Source: Candidatus Saccharimonadota bacterium (lineage in GTDB: Archaea; Nanohalarchaeota; Nanosalinia; Nanosalinales; Nanosalinaceae). Taken from it: a stretch of DNA of 32,000 nucleotides. The notes beneath the pieces are model-generated. The model was given only the letters and a program-made list of their open reading frames with translations, searched no databases and was not told the DNA's origin. This document shows, piece after piece, positions 7,919 to 16,708 of the stretch. The stretch's first letter is position 1, and each line of letters starts with the position of its first letter. The stretch lies in NCBI GenBank assembly GCA_001761425.1, contig CP012986.1, positions 510,001-542,000 on the forward strand, read 5' to 3'. The translations under genes were made by a program, and so were the position numbers.

Positions 7919-9106
7919 TTAAAACTTCTTCAGAAACTCTTTTTCTTTGTCTTCTAGTTCGAGAGAATCGGCGATTTCAGGCCTTTCTCTGAAAAGATTT
8001 GCGTAGAGCGGAAGATCGTTCTTTACATCTTTCTTCGACATGTGGAGTTTCTCGCCCATCTTGGATGAGATGCTGTCCAGCTTCTGGCGTGAAGCTCTTG
8101 ACTGTCCCATCTGCCTGATCTTCGAAGGGTACTGGTACTTGGTCCAGCCTTTGTATTTCTCCTCTTTCGCCAGGGCTACTCCGATAGTGGAGAAGTCATA
8201 GACATATTTGAGAAGTTTCCAGTTCATCCGTCTTCTTATTCTCCCATTGAACAGGTCGGCTTTAGAGATCCAGTCGTACGCATGTGAGAGATCTTCAGGC
8301 CTCTTGTACTCGCGTGGGATGTTTTCCCTTATCCACTGGACCATGGTGTCCGCGTCTTCGTCTAGGTTCTCCGTCGCCTGGCTGGCATTGGAGAGGTTCT
8401 TCGTCTTGAAAATAATCTTTAGTGAATCAAAGATCTCCTGACGGTTATCCCGCTGACCGATAACATCCATATCATCTTTTGTGATCTGTTCTTTTCCGCG
8501 GGCGATAGCCTCTAAATCGTTTATCGCTGAACGCATCTGTCCCCCGGCCTGACGCGCTATCCTCTTTGGAACGCCGTCCTCGTAGTCAACGCTTTCTTCA
8601 TCAAGTATATCACGCAGAAAAGCTGCGATAGAGTTAGTATGTACCGAACCAAGCTCTATGCTTTTCGATTTATTCCTTAAGGAGCGGATACTGTTATCAT
8701 AAGCGTCGTTCGCAGTCATAACGATAGGGAAACGGGTCTCATCGACGATAGTACCGATCTCCTTGACCCCTCCTCTATCGCTGTTACCGGACATGCCATC
8801 CACTTCGTCTATAAGTATGAGTTTCCTGCCTCCGTAAAACGAGGCCTGACGCGTCGCCTCCTTCAACTCCTCCTTGAGCTTTGACTTTGTCCGGACATCA
8901 GAAGCATTTGTCTCAACCAGCTCGTAGCCAAGATCATTAGCCAGGGCCTGAACCAGTGAAGTCTTACCTGTACCGGCCTGACCATGGAGAAGAACAGCTT
9001 TATCTCCCTGCTCCCAGTTTTCAACATGTTTCTTCAAATCCTTTTTCTCGCTGGAAGCACCACGGTACTCCGACAAACTCTCAGGCCTGTACTTCTCAGT
9101 CCACAT
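7919..9106 (-). CDS. rfcL: Replication factor C large subunit
   Basis: MWTEKYRPESL N-terminus, Walker A GQAGTGKTS, Walker B LILIDEVD, archaeal RFC-L architecture. Lies 15 nt downstream of rfcS. Confidence 0.9.
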   Translation of the reverse strand: MWTEKYRPESLSEYRGASSEKKDLKKHVENWEQGDKAVLLHGQAGTGKTSLVQALANDLGYELVETNASDVRTKSKLKEELKEATRQASFYGGRKLILIDEVDGMSGNSDRGGVKEIGTIVDETRFPIVMTANDAYDNSIRSLRNKSKSIELGSVHTNSIAAFLRDILDEESVDYEDGVPKRIARQAGGQMRSAINDLEAIARGKEQITKDDMDVIGQRDNRQEIFDSLKIIFKTKNLSNASQATENLDEDADTMVQWIRENIPREYKRPEDLSHAYDWISKADLFNGRIRRRMNWKLLKYVYDFSTIGVALAKEEKYKGWTKYQYPSKIRQMGQSRASRQKLDSISSKMGEKLHMSKKDVKNDLPLYANLFRERPEIADSLELEDKEKEFLKKF

Positions 9107-9121
9107 AACTTTTTCGACTCC

Positions 9122-10072
9122 CTATTGTTCCTCAAGATTTGAGATCTGTGCTAGGAGGGCCTCGATCTGAATATCTGAAGAGCCCCCTTCGCTAATCCTG
9201 AACTCGAACTCTCCAAGCTTCTCCATAATCTCAAGCTTTCCCTCATCAGAGATATCAAGTTCAAAGATTTCCCTATGGATCGAACTGATCACATCCTGTC
9301 CGTCAAGGCCTCTATCAATCATTAAATCGGCAAGTTCTTCTCTTGCCTCGATGAAATCCCCTTTCAGAGATTTTTCAAGTATTTCATTTATCTCCTCAGG
9401 CCTTAGACTTGCTGCAACGCCGTAAATGTCTTCTTCCCCGATCTCGTCGTTGTTGATCGAAGCAGTCTGAAGTATATTCGTCACCCTTCTGAGATCTCCT
9501 TCTGAGACCCGCATAACCGCATCGATCGCGTCCTTTGAAATCTTGAAATCTTCTTCTTTGCCCAGTCTTGTAATGTAATCTTTAACGTCGCCTTCTTCCA
9601 ACCTGTTGAACCTGAATACTGCGCATCGGCTCTGTATCGGGTCGATAATTTTTGATGAGTAGTTACATGAGAGTATGAAACGGCAGTTATCCGAGAACTG
9701 CTCCATAGTCCTTCTCAAGGCCTGCTGTGCGTCGCTTGTAAGTGCGTCGGCCTCGTCAAGGAAGATAATCTTGTAATCTGCGTTCATTGACTTTGTGCGG
9801 GCAAAATCCTTGATTTTCTCTCTGACAACGTCTATCCCTCTCTCATCGGAGGCGTTCGTCTCCATAAAGTTTTGTCTCCAATCATCTCCGTACAGATCCT
9901 TGGCAAGAGCCACTGCAGAAGTCGTCTTTCCCGTCCCAGCAGGGCCTGCGAACATCATATGCGGGATCGAATCCTCGTTTACAAAGGCCTGAAGCCTCTC
10001 TGTTATTTTATCCTGGCCCACAACCTCGGAAAGCGTGTCAGGCCTGTGCTTCTCAGTCCAAACATCAATCAT
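9122..10072 (-). CDS. rfcS: Replication factor C small subunit
   Basis: WTEKHRPDTLSEVVGQ, Walker A GPAGTGKTT, IIFLDEADALT, SRC motif (QSRCAVFRF). No intein. GAGGTGG SD 7 nt upstream. Confidence 0.95.
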   Translation of the reverse strand: MIDVWTEKHRPDTLSEVVGQDKITERLQAFVNEDSIPHMMFAGPAGTGKTTSAVALAKDLYGDDWRQNFMETNASDERGIDVVREKIKDFARTKSMNADYKIIFLDEADALTSDAQQALRRTMEQFSDNCRFILSCNYSSKIIDPIQSRCAVFRFNRLEEGDVKDYITRLGKEEDFKISKDAIDAVMRVSEGDLRRVTNILQTASINNDEIGEEDIYGVAASLRPEEINEILEKSLKGDFIEAREELADLMIDRGLDGQDVISSIHREIFELDISDEGKLEIMEKLGEFEFRISEGGSSDIQIEALLAQISNLEEQ

Positions 10073-10138
10073 CTATTAACCACCTCGAAATCAATCATAG
10101 AATTTAATCTCCTCCTGAAACTGAAAGGCCTCTACAAT

Positions 10139-10147
10139 CTTTTATTA
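10139..10147 (+). promoter_or_regulatory. TATA-like box for the Fap7-like gene (leaderless or near-leaderless)
   Basis: CTTTTATTA centred about 25-26 nt upstream of the GTG at 10169. Confidence 0.3.
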
Positions 10148-10168
10148 CTTCATGCCAATTTCTCAGGT

Positions 10169-10657
10169 GTGAAAATAGCACTGACGGGGACGCCAGGAAC
10201 CGGAAAAACCACAGTCTCAAAGCTCTTCGAGGAACAAGGCAACAAAACAGTACACTTGACAGAGTACGTCAAGGAGAAAGGCCTCGGAGAACAGAAGGAA
10301 CAGTTCCACGTCAATGTAAAAGAAATGAGAGAAGCCCTGAAAGATGAGGACTTCAACGTTGTAGAAGGCCACCTATCACACCATGTACCCGTCGATATCT
10401 GTATTGTTCTCAGGACAAGACCTGACTTATTGAGAGGAAGGCTTGAGAAACGTGATTACAGCGCTGAAAAAGTTGAGGACAACGTAGAGAGTGAGGCCCT
10501 GGATGTGATCCTGTCAGAAGCAGTTCAGGAACAAGAAACCGTTATAGAAATTGATACTACAGAGAAAAGGCCTGAAGAAGTGTTTGAGGAAGCGAAGAGA
10601 AAAATTGAGAAAGGAGAGAAAAGTTACGGAAACTTTGACTGGACCCGATTCCTGTAA
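10169..10657 (+). CDS. Fap7/AK6-like adenylate kinase (ribosome-biogenesis NTPase)
   Basis: GTG start gives VKIALTGTPGTGKTTVSKLF (P-loop at the extreme N-terminus, as in archaeal Fap7) and EGHLSHH. The ORF-track start at 9872 runs antisense through rfcS and was trimmed. Confidence 0.75.
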   Translation: MKIALTGTPGTGKTTVSKLFEEQGNKTVHLTEYVKEKGLGEQKEQFHVNVKEMREALKDEDFNVVEGHLSHHVPVDICIVLRTRPDLLRGRLEKRDYSAEKVEDNVESEALDVILSEAVQEQETVIEIDTTEKRPEEVFEEAKRKIEKGEKSYGNFDWTRFL

Positions 10658-10686
10658 GCACTGAAGGAAGGCTAGTTGCGTGTAAA

Positions 10687-10727
10687 CAGGCTTCTGGCCC
10701 GTCAGAGGCCTGCTTTGAACATTTTTT
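10687..10727. terminator. Hairpin plus T-tract between the convergent Fap7-like and thioredoxin genes
   Basis: caggcttctg (10687-10696) pairs with cagaggcctg (10703-10712): 10 bp with one G-U, 6-nt loop, followed by TTTTTT at 10722-10727. Confidence 0.35.
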
Positions 10728-10752
10728 GGTCACTGCGGAAGATGAGATGCGT

Positions 10753-11112
10753 TTAGGCCTTGTTCTCGTTGATCCAGCTCTGAAGTTTTTCCTTAGACAT
10801 TGCGCCTGTCTGTCTTGCGATTTCTTCGTCTCCTTTCATTATTACCAGCGTTGGTAACGCTCTTACTCCTAGCTGTGTGCCGAGCTGCTGGTTTTCTTCC
10901 ATGTCTACTTTTCCAAAGTTCACGTCCTCGATTTCCCCGGAGAGTTCCTCGTAAACTGGAGCGATTTTTTTACATGGTCCGCACCATTCTGCCCAGAAGT
11001 CGATTATCCAGGTCTCTTCGGAGTTTTGGATCTCCTCCATCTTTTCGGCGTCAATGCTAGTTGGCATATCAGCAGGTTGTATTAGAAGACTTAAGAACTC
11101 CTTGGTTACCAC
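10753..11112 (-). CDS. trxA: Thioredoxin
   Basis: WAEWCGPCK active site and thioredoxin-fold length. The start is either GTG at 11112 or the internal ATG at 11067 (MPTSIDAEK...). Confidence 0.88.
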   Translation of the reverse strand: MVTKEFLSLLIQPADMPTSIDAEKMEEIQNSEETWIIDFWAEWCGPCKKIAPVYEELSGEIEDVNFGKVDMEENQQLGTQLGVRALPTLVIMKGDEEIARQTGAMSKEKLQSWINENKA

Positions 11113-11174
11113 CCGGTCAGTAGAACTGGACAGGGATTAGACCGGAAACGATGAGCTGCTGAACATCATGTTTC

Positions 11175-11193
11175 AGAAAGAAAAATGAAAAAA
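11175..11193 (-). terminator. Oligo-T tracts downstream of mscS (minus strand)
   Basis: The minus strand reads cccTTTTTTcaTTTTTcTTTct, 22-40 nt after the mscS stop. Archaeal termination typically uses oligo-T. Confidence 0.4.
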
Positions 11194-11214
11194 GGGAGAG
11201 GCCTCCTGAAGATC

Positions 11215-12075
11215 TTATTCCTCGTCGTTGAGGTATACTGTTCTGATCGGGTATGGGATATCGATTCCTTCTTCGTCGTATTTTTCCTTGATCTTCTGAG
11301 TGACATCTGAAGTTACCGAGACCATGTTGGCTTTGGAAGGCCTTGTCCATCCTCTGAGCTGAAGGTTTACTGAGCTTCCTCCTAGTTCCTCTACAAGGAC
11401 TTGGGGTGTTGGATTTTCTTCGACACCCTCGATTTCTTCCAGTGTTTCCTCTGCCAGTTCCTTAGCTTTCTGTACATCGTCGTCGTAGCCTACACCTACG
11501 ATCACGTGGAATCTTCTTTCGTTGAAGGCTGTATTGTTGATTACTACGTCGTTGTAGAGCTGTGAGTTAGGGATAATCACCAGTCTACCGTCATAGGTTC
11601 TGATATCGGTAGCTCTGATCCTGATATCTCTGACCGTTCCCTCTTCTCCCTGTGCCTCGATCTGATCATCCACCTTGAAAGGCTGGTTAACCATTATCAT
11701 AAGGCCTGAGATGAAGTTAGCGATCGTATCACGGAGAGCGAAAGACAGGCCTAAACCGATCAGTCCAACGAAGGTGCTTAATGCGGACAGAGGAACTCCA
11801 AACGCTCCTAGAATCGCAAAACCGGATATCGTATAGATAAAGTAACTTGTGGCTTTCTTGGCCGTGAACTCTGCATGTTTGTGGCCTCCTCGCTTCTCGA
11901 TAGCTTTTTTGACAAGTTTGTTGCTTATTTTGTTCAGAAGCCAGGCAACGCCCAGGATGATGATCCCTGCAAAAAATGATGATGGATCAACACTTAATCC
12001 GAGGCCGGAAATCTCGTTCCATCCAACGGTTAAACCATTATTCAGCATCTTATCATTTACAAAGAAGAACAGCAA
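11215..12075 (-). CDS. mscS: Small-conductance mechanosensitive channel (MscS family)
   Basis: Three N-terminal TM helices, then GLGLSFALRDTIANFISGLMIMVNQPFKVDDQI...GTV.DI..R.T.IRT.DG....IPNS pore and beta-domain signature. An alternative start at 12048 is possible. Confidence 0.85.
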   Translation of the reverse strand: MLFFFVNDKMLNNGLTVGWNEISGLGLSVDPSSFFAGIIILGVAWLLNKISNKLVKKAIEKRGGHKHAEFTAKKATSYFIYTISGFAILGAFGVPLSALSTFVGLIGLGLSFALRDTIANFISGLMIMVNQPFKVDDQIEAQGEEGTVRDIRIRATDIRTYDGRLVIIPNSQLYNDVVINNTAFNERRFHVIVGVGYDDDVQKAKELAEETLEEIEGVEENPTPQVLVEELGGSSVNLQLRGWTRPSKANMVSVTSDVTQKIKEKYDEEGIDIPYPIRTVYLNDEE

Positions 12076-12079
12076 TTTC

Positions 12080-12086
12080 TTAATAA
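12080..12086 (+). promoter_or_regulatory. TATA-like box for the ThiF-like gene
   Basis: TTAATAA centred about 28 nt upstream of the ATG at 12111, in the 35-nt divergent gap with mscS. Confidence 0.3.
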
Positions 12087-12110
12087 GCTTTCCATAACCA
12101 GTGGAAAAAT

Positions 12111-13052
12111 ATGATGCATAGCAGACTCCAGACCCTCGAAAACCTTGAAGAAAAACAGATAAAACAGCTCAAGGCCTCAAAAGCCGCAGTGATAGGTCTC
12201 GGAGCAACAGGCTCGGTAATAGCAGAAAGCCTTGCGAGATACGGGGTCAACCTCAAAATATTCGACAGAGACTACCTTGAAGAAAACGATCTCTACAGCT
12301 CAGGCCTCTACACAAAAACGGGGTGTGAAAAATCAGTTCCCAAGGCTGAAGCAGTAAAGAAAAAGCTTTCAGAATTTACAGAAGTCGAGAAACACGTAGA
12401 AAGTCTTAACGCAGGCAACGTAAAGGCCTTGAACGATGCAGATCTGATAGTTGATGCTACAGACAATATGGAAACTCGCTTCCTGATAGATGAGTACAGT
12501 CAGAAGACCGGAACACCCTGGATCTACACAGCGGCGTTAGCAGGTCAAGGTTACTCTATGTTCTTCGACAAAAAATGTTTCAACTGTGTCTTCAAACAGG
12601 TGAGGCCTGGAAAACTCGGGACCTGCCGGACAGAGGGCGTAGTACGTGACGTCGCAGCTCTAGCGGGCCACAGGTCCTCGCTGAAGGCCTTCAGATATCT
12701 AAAAGGCCAAGAAATCGATGAAAAACTTGACGTCATTCCTCAGGGGGAGAGCCTGAACGTTGAGGCCTCAGGATGCGAAGTATGTGAAAGCAGCAATTTT
12801 TCACGTATGAATTCTGGTGACACGGTCTCCAGTGTCTGCGGTGAGGACAAGTACCAGATCAACACGGAGGTCTCAGATGAGGCCTTCCACAGATTAAGGA
12901 ATCAGGGAAAAGTCCTGGCTGATAACGAGTATATCCTGAGGGTCAGGGTTAACGGAAAGGAGTTCGCGCTTTACAGGTCCGGAGGCGCTCTTCTGGAGGC
13001 GAAGGACCGAGGTCATGCGGAGGCCCGTTTCTCAGAGATAGTAGGAATATAA
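12111..13052 (+). CDS. ThiF/MoeB/HesA-family E1-like adenylyltransferase with an extra ~90-aa C-terminal domain
   Basis: Rossmann motif VIGLGATGSVIAESLARYGV, DATDNMETRF, Cys pairs CFNC...C and CEVC. The canonical NL-RQ arginine-finger region is replaced by NDLYSSGLY. Confidence 0.7.
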   Translation: MMHSRLQTLENLEEKQIKQLKASKAAVIGLGATGSVIAESLARYGVNLKIFDRDYLEENDLYSSGLYTKTGCEKSVPKAEAVKKKLSEFTEVEKHVESLNAGNVKALNDADLIVDATDNMETRFLIDEYSQKTGTPWIYTAALAGQGYSMFFDKKCFNCVFKQVRPGKLGTCRTEGVVRDVAALAGHRSSLKAFRYLKGQEIDEKLDVIPQGESLNVEASGCEVCESSNFSRMNSGDTVSSVCGEDKYQINTEVSDEAFHRLRNQGKVLADNEYILRVRVNGKEFALYRSGGALLEAKDRGHAEARFSEIVGI

Positions 13053-13078
13053 ACGAGGAGCGAAAAATTATTCTCTGA

Positions 13079-13978
13079 ATGGATCTGGAGCAGGACTATC
13101 TTATATATGCAATAGAAGCCTCGCTGGCCTTTCTGGCAGTAACTTCAACCTACCTGATAGACATTACAAGGCCTCTCACACTTCTGGCTCTGATCCCGGC
13201 CACGATACTCTTCGGCTACACCTCCTACATCTCCAGAGAACGTTTCAGGCCTCAGGCAGCAATATCGATGCTTGCACTTGTACTTGTACCTGTTGGAGGG
13301 ACGGTAGCAGCGGGAGCAGTATCGATAACTCTCATAAACGTCCTGACATCTGTTTTCGCCAGCGGAAGCTCTTTCAAAGACTACTACGGATCAACATCGC
13401 TTCCGTTACTGTTTACAGGCCTTATACTGGGATCTCTTCTTTTTGCTGGAGCTATGTCAAATCCGGCAGTTGCCAATACGATCCAACAGGATTCGGCGGA
13501 CTTTATCGGACAGCAGACAGAAGAAATAGTGAACAGGAGCAACATGCTGGAATCAAGGAAAGGAGAGCGAGCAAAGCTTTTTAACAGAACGTCAGATACC
13601 GCTTTCAGAGTGGTGAAAAACTCTGTAATCAGCGAAATGGGTAGAAAAAGTAGTTTAAACACGGAGCAGTACAGTGATCTGGAAAGATCATTTGACAACG
13701 CTGAAAAAGCACTGAACAGAACCTTGAAGGAACAGGCCTCCAAAAACATCGATCAGAGAAGCATAGATATATCTTCAAGGGTTTCAGATCTCATATCTAA
13801 CACGATAAAAGGAAAGGCATTCCTTCTGGTGGTTCCAGCAGTTACCTTCGGTATCTACAGTGTTCACCCGGTAGTAGGAATATTTGCAGCTATCTGGGCT
13901 TCAATGTTCGCTGCGGTAAATGTTCGGATTTCGATTCAGACTGATTCAAAAGAATTGGACTCTCCCTCAACAATATGA
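13079..13978 (+). CDS. Hypothetical membrane protein: about 4 N-terminal TM, ~100-aa polar helical middle, about 2 C-terminal TM
   Basis: Hydrophobic segments at both ends. The middle region (NRSNMLESRKGERAKLFNRT...KEQASKN) is polar and helical. Stop overlaps the lhr start (ATGA). Confidence 0.5.
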   Translation: MDLEQDYLIYAIEASLAFLAVTSTYLIDITRPLTLLALIPATILFGYTSYISRERFRPQAAISMLALVLVPVGGTVAAGAVSITLINVLTSVFASGSSFKDYYGSTSLPLLFTGLILGSLLFAGAMSNPAVANTIQQDSADFIGQQTEEIVNRSNMLESRKGERAKLFNRTSDTAFRVVKNSVISEMGRKSSLNTEQYSDLERSFDNAEKALNRTLKEQASKNIDQRSIDISSRVSDLISNTIKGKAFLLVVPAVTFGIYSVHPVVGIFAAIWASMFAAVNVRISIQTDSKELDSPSTI

Positions 13979-16659
13979 GTGAGATAAAATTTGCAGACGA
14001 AGAACAGGCCTCAAAAACTCTGCCAGACGACTTTGAACCCTACGTCAAGGAATGGTTTAACGACCAGTTCGAAGGCCTTTCACCGCCTCAGAAGTATTCC
14101 TTCGATCTTATCCACAATGAGGAGAATTCTCTGATCTGTGCGCCGACAGGTTCGGGTAAAACTCTTTCAGCGTTTCTTGCAGTCTTGAATGATCTTTTCC
14201 AGATGGGGGATGAGGGCGAGCTTGAAGATGAGATCTATGCCGTCTATATCTCTCCTTTAAGGGCCTTGAACAACGATATTCAGCGTAATCTGGAGGATCC
14301 GCTTGAAGGTATCAGGGAGAAGGCGGAGGAGATGGGATACGATGTTCCAGAGGTCAGAAGCGCGGTTAGAACCGGGGATACTACGGACAGTGAGAAAAGC
14401 CAGCAGTTGAAGAATCCGCCTCATATTTTGATCACGACTCCAGAGTCCCTAGGAATTGTTCTGGATTCTCCGAAGCTGAAGGAAGAGCTGAAGAATGCCA
14501 GATACCTGATAACGGATGAGATCCATTCTCTGAGTGAGAACAAGCGTGGTGTGCATCTTTCTCTTTCGTTTGAGAGGTTGGAGGAGATGGCCAATACTTC
14601 GCCGACGCGTATAGGCCTTTCCGCGACCCAGGCTCCCATTGATGAGATCGCAAAGTACCTGGTAGGCTACGAGACGGATATAGAGGTAGGTAAGAAGGAG
14701 ACGGAGTATGATCCAGTGAACTCTTCGGATATCGCTGATGAACAGGGTTACGAGACCCGGGGCTGTACTATAGTGGATGTTGCAGCTTCGAAGGAGATTG
14801 ATCTGGAGACTGTTTCACCTGTCAGAGATCTGATTCATACGCCTCCGGATGAGATCAACGAGGCCATGTATGACAAGATACACAACTATGTTCAGGACCA
14901 TGAATCCACCATAATATTTACTAATACGCGTTCAGCGACGGAAAGAGTGGTGAACAACCTGAAAGATCGTTTTCCCGATTACTATGAGGACAAAATCGGA
15001 GCCCATCACTCCTCGATGTCCCGTGATGTCCGTTTAGAAGTCGAAGAAAAGCTCAAAAAAGGAGAGATGAAGGTAGGAGTAACATCAACCTCTCTGGAAC
15101 TCGGTGTCGACATAGGAGCGGTAGACCTGGTTCTCCAGCTCGGGTCTCCGAAAGGAGTAGCAAGAGGCATCCAGAGGATCGGAAGAAGCGGACACAAAAT
15201 CGGGAAAAAAGCAAAAGGAAAAATGATCGTAACTGACAGAGATGACGCGATGGAGTGTTCAGTCCTGACAAAATGCGCCAAGGAAGACGAACTTGACAGA
15301 ATACAGATACCAAAAAACGCTTTAGACGTTCTCGCCCAGCATATCGTCGGAATGGCGTGCAACCATCGCTGGGACATAGACCACGCATTTAACATCATCA
15401 GAAAGTCTTACTGTTACAAAGGCCTTGAACTAGAGGACTTCGAAGCTGTAATGAAGTACCTCGCCGGTGAATACGAGTTAGAGGATCAAAACGTCTACAG
15501 GAAAATCTGGAGGAACGAGAAAAAAGGCCTTTTCGGCAGAAGCGGTAAGATGACCCGTGTGATCTATATGACTAACATCGGTACAATCCCGGATGAATCC
15601 GGTTACGATGTTGAGACTAGAGGCAACAAGAAATACGTCGGAACGCTAGACGAGGAGTTCCTGGACAGATTGACCAAAGGAGATATCTTCACTCTAGGAG
15701 GTTCAACATACGAGTTCAAATACGCAAAGGGCATGAAAGTCTTCGTAGATTCTAAACCGAATGCCTCGCCTACAGTACCTTCATGGTACAGTGAGAGACT
15801 GCCTCTGAGCTATGATCTAGGCCTTAAAATCGGAAGGTTTAGGAAACAGGTCGGTAAACAGGTAGAGATGGGTGCAGGAGATGATGACATAGTCCAGTGG
15901 ATCATGCACAATTACTACCTCGATGAGAACACGGCCTGGGCAATCTACGGCTACATCAAGGAACAGTACCAGTTCTCAGATGAAGTCTGTACTCATGAAG
16001 ATATCACAGTTGAAAAATACGTCGATGAGGACGGCAAGCAGAACTTTATCTTCCAGACGATCTACGGCCGCAGAGTGCACGACGCAATTGCCCGTATCAT
16101 GGCTCATCTACTCCAGAAACGCGTTGAAAGCAACATCGGGATGGTAATTGATGATAACGGGTTCATAATCGTCACACCTAGAAGGCCTATTGATATGGAA
16201 AAACTTTTAGAAGAGCTAGAAAACTGTGATCCTGAAAAAGAGTTGAGAGATGCAGTAAGGAAGACAGAACTGATGAAAAGAAGATTCAGGCATGTAGGCG
16301 GTAGAAGCCTGATGATCCTCAGAAACTACCAGGGAAGTTCGAAGACTGTCGGCCAGCAGCAGATGAAAGGCCATTTCTTGCTTTCAACCATCAGAAACGA
16401 GTATGGAGAAGACTTTCCAATGATCAAAGAGACCTACAGAGAGATCATGGAGGATGCGATGGATATACAGCATGCAAAAGACGTTATAGAAGGCCTTGAA
16501 GCAGGAGAAATTTCATACAGCATCAGTAATACTAGCATTCCTTCGCCTTTCAGCCATAATCTTTTGCTTCAAGGAAACACTGATGTCGTTAAAATGGAGG
16601 ACAAGAAGGAGAGGCTTCAGAAACTCCATCAACAAGTAATAGAAAGGATCGGAGAATAG
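13975..16659 (+). CDS. lhr: Lhr-family DEAD/DEAH-box ATP-dependent helicase
   Basis: Motif I CAPTGSGKT, motif II DEIH, AHHSSMSRDVR...TSTSLELGVDIG, motif VI QRIGRSGH. The long C-terminal region is consistent with Lhr-core proteins (894 aa). Confidence 0.85.
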   Translation: MSEIKFADEEQASKTLPDDFEPYVKEWFNDQFEGLSPPQKYSFDLIHNEENSLICAPTGSGKTLSAFLAVLNDLFQMGDEGELEDEIYAVYISPLRALNNDIQRNLEDPLEGIREKAEEMGYDVPEVRSAVRTGDTTDSEKSQQLKNPPHILITTPESLGIVLDSPKLKEELKNARYLITDEIHSLSENKRGVHLSLSFERLEEMANTSPTRIGLSATQAPIDEIAKYLVGYETDIEVGKKETEYDPVNSSDIADEQGYETRGCTIVDVAASKEIDLETVSPVRDLIHTPPDEINEAMYDKIHNYVQDHESTIIFTNTRSATERVVNNLKDRFPDYYEDKIGAHHSSMSRDVRLEVEEKLKKGEMKVGVTSTSLELGVDIGAVDLVLQLGSPKGVARGIQRIGRSGHKIGKKAKGKMIVTDRDDAMECSVLTKCAKEDELDRIQIPKNALDVLAQHIVGMACNHRWDIDHAFNIIRKSYCYKGLELEDFEAVMKYLAGEYELEDQNVYRKIWRNEKKGLFGRSGKMTRVIYMTNIGTIPDESGYDVETRGNKKYVGTLDEEFLDRLTKGDIFTLGGSTYEFKYAKGMKVFVDSKPNASPTVPSWYSERLPLSYDLGLKIGRFRKQVGKQVEMGAGDDDIVQWIMHNYYLDENTAWAIYGYIKEQYQFSDEVCTHEDITVEKYVDEDGKQNFIFQTIYGRRVHDAIARIMAHLLQKRVESNIGMVIDDNGFIIVTPRRPIDMEKLLEELENCDPEKELRDAVRKTELMKRRFRHVGGRSLMILRNYQGSSKTVGQQQMKGHFLLSTIRNEYGEDFPMIKETYREIMEDAMDIQHAKDVIEGLEAGEISYSISNTSIPSPFSHNLLLQGNTDVVKMEDKKERLQKLHQQVIERIGE

Positions 16660-16708
16660 ATACGTGTCATGCGGTTAGTTCTAAAGTCTTCATAGCGATA
16701 ACCTAACT

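Noticed and set aside
9872-10168. N-terminal ~100 codons of the 261-aa ORF-track call preceding the Fap7-like kinase
   Set aside because: This part runs antisense through the rfcS coding region and the intergenic promoter. It encodes a basic, Cys/Leu-rich sequence unlike the acidic proteome. The P-loop of Fap7-type kinases sits at the extreme N-terminus, which fits the GTG at 10169 with a TATA-like box 25 nt upstream.
11117-11350. 77-aa ORF overlapping the 3-prime end of mscS and the downstream spacer
   Set aside because: Out of frame with the well-supported MscS C-terminus, basic and Arg-rich, and it spans the oligo-T terminator region.
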